Source: Laetmonice hystrix | Taxonomy: Eukaryota | DNA length: 64,000 bases | Direction of reading: 5' to 3' | Assembly (NCBI GenBank): GCA_965235115.1 | Contig: OZ249436.1 | Span: forward strand, 4,218,001 to 4,282,000 | Shown here: positions 59,101 to 64,000 of the stretch, piece by piece | How positions within the stretch are numbered: the stretch's first letter is position 1 | Layout: every line of letters starts with the position of its first letter | Made by a program: the position numbers and the translations under genes | Notes under the pieces: generated by a model | The model's database searches: none | What the model was told of the DNA's origin: nothing | What the model saw: only the letters and a program-made list of their open reading frames with translations

Positions 59101-59809
59101 AACCTTTTCTGGCTGGAAGCCTTCATCTTAACACTAGACCACATGGACACCACCATGGGCAGGTACACTCCGTTATATCTAAGTATATCATCTGGTCAAA
59201 GTAATACTAACACTAGATCACATGGACACCACCATGAGCAGGTACCAACTCCGTTATATCTAAGTATATCATCTGGTCAAAGTAATACTAACACTAGATC
59301 ACATGGACACCACCATGAGCAGGTATACCAACTCCGTTATATCTAAGTATATCATCTGGTCAAAGTAATACTAACACTAGATCACATGGACACCACCATG
59401 AGCAGGTACCAACTCCGTTATATCTAAGTATATCATCTGGTCAAAGTAATACTAACACTAGACCACATGGACACCACCATGAGCAGATACCAACTCCGTT
59501 ATATCTAAGTATATCATCTGGTCAAAGTAATACTGCTATTACTTTACTATATTCTCCATGTTGTTTGTATAATATTTTACAATTCGACTATACAGGATCA
59601 ATAGTAAACCATCAGTATAAGATCGCTTTTCAATTTTTGCATATATAACTTGCCATGTAACGACTGTCCATTCCTTGGTGGTGCCACGATAAACTGACGG
59701 ACTGTAGTTCCGAGATTCCGTTTCCAGGGTGCAGCAGCTGCATTTTGAGGTTGCCAACGTCTTGGCTGTCGCAATGGAAACGAAGCTGAGTAAAAAATAC
59801 GGCATGTAA
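55588..59809 (+). CDS. CATSPER3: Cation channel sperm-associated protein 3-like (CatSper alpha subunit), 404 aa. Exons 55588-56112, 56868-57053, 57341-57505, 58636-58734, 59005-59162, 59728-59809
   Basis: Spliced frame is open from ATG to TAA. Single 6-TM channel domain: S4 LRVLRALRTLRMLR, pore TLFSYVT|VDGW, S6 FIFSNVFIGVVIMNI, coiled-coil C-terminus. TVDGW is the CatSper3-type filter (CatSper1 TLDDW, CatSper2 TLDHW, CatSper4 TQDGW). Confidence 0.9.
56178..56878 (+). repeat. ~64-65 bp tandem repeat x11 containing the CatSper3 exon-2 acceptor
   Basis: …aatgtaacttgcattgaccag|gttct[a/g]gtggt repeated; the last copy is the functional one. Confidence 0.95.
56868..57053 (+). CDS. CATSPER3: CatSper3 exon 2 (S5 and pore helix)
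   Basis: tgaccag|gttcta...acg|gtaagc; 186 nt. Confidence 0.9.
57341..57505 (+). CDS. CATSPER3: CatSper3 exon 3 (VDGW filter and S6)
   Basis: actacag|...aag|gtacgt; 165 nt. Confidence 0.9.
57458..58138 (+). repeat. 60-bp tandem repeat of the last 48 nt of CatSper3 exon 3 plus donor: exonic original, one truncated copy, 10 full copies
   Basis: Donor-like aag|gtac at 57506, 57595, 57655 … 58135; ORF 57553..58158. Confidence 0.97.
58636..58734 (+). CDS. CATSPER3: CatSper3 exon 4 (TEQESERAAILHNKKEFMMIRQHNDVKQMLERQ)
   Basis: catacag|...cag|gtgatg; 99 nt; coiled-coil-like. Confidence 0.85.
59005..59162 (+). CDS. CATSPER3: CatSper3 exon 5 (KRGKYSNFEEMVHEFQKGLCHNDVVFMTDLCANLFWLEAFILTLDHMDTTMG)
   Basis: cgtctag|...ag|gtacac; 158 nt. 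Confidence 0.87.
59128..59535 (+). repeat. ~80-bp tandem repeat x5 spanning the CatSper3 exon-5 donor
   Basis: …ggacaccaccatg[g/a]gcag|gta at 59163, 59242, 59323, 59406; fifth copy has ag|at at 59487. Confidence 0.95.
59728..59809 (+). CDS. CATSPER3: CatSper3 terminal exon (VQQLHFEVANVLAVAMETKLSKKYGM*)
   Basis: tttccag|; phase 2; TAA at 59807-59809. Confidence 0.87.
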
Positions 59810-62441
59810 AGGTATACAATACTCTGAACTACTACTTCATACACAACCCCAAACAAGAAACGGTTATGATGTGTGCCATGGTTTAAAATAACCTTTGGAT
59901 AGAACTAAATCTTGAAGCATGCAGTATTAAATGTATCCAAGCAACAGAGAGAAATGTCCAGAAAGTGTCGCCTTGCCTTAGACGTTAACATAGCGAATTT
60001 ATTCACTCAACCGCTGTCATCTTCTGATTATTTCAGCAGTTTCTCAGGTGTACAGACTTTGCCATCAGACACTGACGTCGTATTTTATTAAAGATTTCCG
60101 TGTCATAAAGACTAGTTGTCTGTTTACACTTGGATTGTGGCAGCTGATTTAAGTGGTATTTAATTGGTCCGACCCGCCAGGTTCACTTGGTGGAATTCGA
60201 TTTAGACGACTGATATAAATTATCAAGGGTGTCGCTATAGACGGACGTCGTTTCTCTTCGAAACGACTCGTCTGGATTATCCAAGAAAAGTATTTTATGG
60301 CACATGCCCTGTAACTCTAAATTACCATATTCAATTACTGAATTAGCAATCCCAAATAGCTGCTCGGATCTGGGAGGCGAGCGCTCGTGGGGGCCATAAT
60401 GTGGACCGCAACTAGAGGCGGATATTCATTCTCAAGTGTGACAACTTGAATTTTATTGCATTGGGAGAAATTAGATTACAATTGAAGGAGGAATGTACGT
60501 GTAGGACGGAGAGTTGCTCTGTAAATGTGGGGGTGATTGAATCCGGAGGTCTAAGGCTGGGGTTTTAATCAAGGACCTGTGGCTGTAAGATTTTTAAAGG
60601 CTCTCATCTTTAACAAACAGAATGTGGTATACTGTAAGTGTGTGGACGTTTGACACGCGTGGCACGGGCGTGGCACGCGCCCTGCTTGGTACGGATGGCT
60701 ACCCTCACTGCCATACCCCTCATCCTCTATACCTCCAACCCTATACCCCCCCCCCCAACCCTACCCCTCACCCTCTGTCCCGGAGGAATTTAAAAAAAAA
60801 CATTCGGGGAAGACGTTTTTACCCCGATGATGCCGGTATGTACTCTTGGCATTTAACCTGCAATGCTTGGAGTGCAGGATCAAAGACTTGAGGCCGTTGG
60901 TTGTACAGATACATGCCACTTTCGGTGATTTGCTAAAGTAAATTTGCTGTGAGCGGTGGTGAGAGGGTAGGAGGTGACAAACGACTGCCCAGCACGATTC
61001 CTTTTGTTATCAGTGGCCTGATTTCGGCCGCCATGTGATGTGGCCGGGTATATATATCGGAGAGTTTTGATATTCTCTCCACGGTCCACTGACCCTAGGT
61101 GGGGGTTGTATCCATGCAGCCGTCAGACGTGGGGGTGTGGGGTTGGGGGTATGACCGGCTCCCGACCACCCTCGGCAGGTGCAGGTGACCAGGGGTCAAC
61201 AGGTCGCGACGACCCTTGGTCAGTGGCGACCAGAGGTCAACACAGGCAATTGGGTGCGTCCGCAGGTAACACCCCTTCTATGGACGCACCCTCCTGGGGG
61301 AGACGGATTCCTGTCTACCTGTATATCTACCAATTCCCAGGGTAAATATATATCTCAAAGTGCTCTTTTTGTGTCTGACACGGACATCAGGCAGCCTGGA
61401 CAGGCGGTGGGGGTATGCAGTAAATGTGATACTTAGGTATTTTAGATTTAGGTATGGGGAATTAAGGGTTTGGTAGGTTAAGGATTGGGGGTAAGAGTGA
61501 GGGGTAAAGTATTTTACCCTGAGCGTGCGCACAGTTTGATAAGCTGCCGTTTACCAGGGGTTAACCCACCCCCCCACCCCCCTCAAACCATCGACAGCTC
61601 CACCAGGGTCCACCTCTCGTCGTGTGGTCCGCAGCAGACACCGCGAGTCGCCACCAGACGTCGCTGCTGTCCGCGACCTTTTGAACCACTCAGCTATTTG
61701 TTGATGGGAATTGTCACACTGTTTTGTCGCCCACCTCCGAGAGCGGCCGGTAGTAAAAAGTATTCGCGCCCGGTGTAACCCCATCACCCCACGTCCTCTC
61801 AGCAACCACCTGATGTGAAGAATGCCAAGAAACGTTAGGGACCCCTCACACTCGACCGCTATTTGAAGGTGAACTCCTAACCTTACACCATTGTCGGCGG
61901 GGACAACTGGTCAGTGGCACGATTCCGGCCCTTTCATCTCACGGAATCCGTCAGGTGACCAGTGGTCAGTAGAACGCGGGGCTGACCGCTGGCCGGGGTA
62001 AATGACCAGCTATGTCATGTAAAGTTCAGGACTTCCTTAATCTGAGCTGGAGGGGAGCGTGTCTGGACCACGTGGTCACTCGATAGGTCCTCCGCTAAAT
62101 CAGCTCCTTTAGTGACAATAGATCAGGTCAGTATGGATGAAAGGTCCTACAACATCCACATTAGGCGACTTCTTTATACTTAAAACTGGTCGTTCCTATC
62201 GTCTTCCATTTCTGTCTGCAACTTCTCATATTGCCTCCTTTTAGAGGAACCCGAAGTACAAAACCCGAATATTATTTGAGGCCGTATTGAAGACCCACCA
62301 ATGAGTAATGTAAATTGTGTGATCAGACAGTTTGCAAAGTTTCAAAATGTCACTAACTTTTAAATGGATGTGCAGGTGGGAGTGGTCATGGTACATCGGA
62401 CCTGAAGGTAAACGTTTAGGTAATATCAAGATTTCGTGTGG

Positions 62442-63654
62442 ACTCTATAAGATTGGTGTAAAACTAGACCGGTTTCTGTAAGACCTCCGTGAGACTATAG
62501 GGACCTAGATCTATACGCCTGTATGGGGGTTGGGCAGTCGGATACTCTATAAGATTGGTGTAAAACTATACCGGTTTCTGTAAGACCCCCGTGAGACTAT
62601 AGGGACCTAGATCTATACGCCTGTATGGGGGTTGGGCAGTCGGATACTCTATAAGATTGGTGTAAAACTATACCGGTTTCTGTAAGACCTCCGTGAGACT
62701 ATAGGGACCTAGATCTACGCCTGTATGGGGGTTGGGCAGTCGGATACTCTATAAGATTGGTGTAAAACTATACCGGTTTCTGTAAGACCTCCGTGAGACT
62801 ATAGGGACCTAGATCTATACGCCTGTATGAGGGTTGGGCAGTCGGATACTCTATAAGATTGGTGTAAAACTATACCGGTTTCTGTAAGACTTCCATGCGA
62901 CTATAGGGACCTAGATCTATACGCCTGTATGGGGGTTGGGCAGTCGGATACTCTATAAGATTGGTGTAAAACTATACCGGTTTCTGTAAGACTCCGTGAG
63001 ACTATAGGGACCTAGATCTATACGCCTGTATGGGGGTTGGGCAGTCGGATACTCTATAAGATTGGTGTAAAACTAGACCGGTTTCTGTAAGACCTCCATT
63101 AGACTATAGGGACCTAGATCTATACGCCTGTATGGGGGTTGGGCAGTCGGATACTCTATAAGATTGGTGTAAAACTATACCGGTTTCTGTAAGACCTCCG
63201 TGAGACTATATGGACCTAGATCTATACGCCTGTATGGGGGTTGGGCAGTCGGATACTCTCTAAGATTCGTGTAAAACTATACCGATTTCTGTAAGACCTC
63301 CGTGAGGGACCTAGATCTATACGCCTGTATGGGGGTTGGGCAGTCGGATACTCTATAAGATTGGTGTAAAACTATACCGGTTTCTGTAAGACCTTCGTGA
63401 GACTATAGGGACCTAGATCTATACGCCTGTATGGGGGTTGGGCAGTCGGATACTCTATAAGATTCGTGTAAAACTACACCGGTTTCTGTAAGACCTCCGT
63501 GAGACTATAGGGACCTAGATCTATACGCCTGTATGGGGGTTGGGCAGTCGGATACTCTATAAGATTGGTGTAAACTATACCGGTTTCTGTAAGACCTCCG
63601 TGAGGGACCTAGATCTATACGCCTGTATGGGGGTTGGGCAGTCGGATACTCTAT
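62442..63654. repeat. ~102-bp tandem repeat, about 12 copies
   Basis: actctataagattggtgtaaaactataccggtttctgtaagacctccgtgagactatagggacctagatc… recurs. Confidence 0.96.
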
Positions 63655-64000
63655 GTGATGCAGACTACATGTATTCCCTGCAACACCACATGTTGCCTCA
63701 GTAAAATCTCAATTTTACGTCAACTGTAGGCTACCCAGGTAAGTCTAGTAAAATTTTACTATTTCAACTGAAATTCAAGTCGAAGACGTTTGATTACGTT
63801 TAATCTTTCATGGCACAATGTTTAATATAAAATTATGTTTAAACCTCATAAATGATATCCTAAGATGACGAAACAGTTGGTATGGTCCGTTTTGAAGGCG
63901 GAAGGAAGCACAGATCCTGCATGTTGCTTTGGTTTCCTGGTCTGATAAAGAATGTATTTGTCGGAGAGCTTTCACTGCTTCACCTTTAGACAGGCACCCC

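Noticed and set aside
8277..59809. LRRC49 plus CATSPER3 as a functional flagellar gene cluster
   Set aside because: Only two genes 32 kb apart with no evidence of co-regulation or conserved synteny from this window.
47925..63654. Regularly spaced repeats as CRISPR arrays
   Set aside because: Head-to-tail units with no unique spacers, no cas genes, eukaryotic context; the same applies to all arrays in the window.

Overview
Repeat-rich animal genomic DNA with spliceosomal introns, probably a marine invertebrate (taxon is inference). Two + strand spliced genes can be reconstructed by hand. (1) The 3' part of LRRC49: 9 coding exons, 8277-23561; the N-terminal LRR exons lie upstream of the window. 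(2) A complete 6-exon CatSper3-type sperm Ca2+ channel subunit: 55588-59809, 404 aa, TVDGW filter. The rest is about 20 minisatellite arrays, several non-autonomous TIR transposons with readable TSDs, and faint LINE remnants. Nearly all long ORFs in the ORF track are artefacts of stop-free repeat units. The most striking pattern is that 7 of the 27 splice sites identified are overlapped or directly abutted by their own private tandem array. Five of these arrays copy the splice site itself, producing stacks of decoy donors or acceptors. No prokaryotic systems, CRISPR arrays, rRNA or intact tRNA genes were seen.
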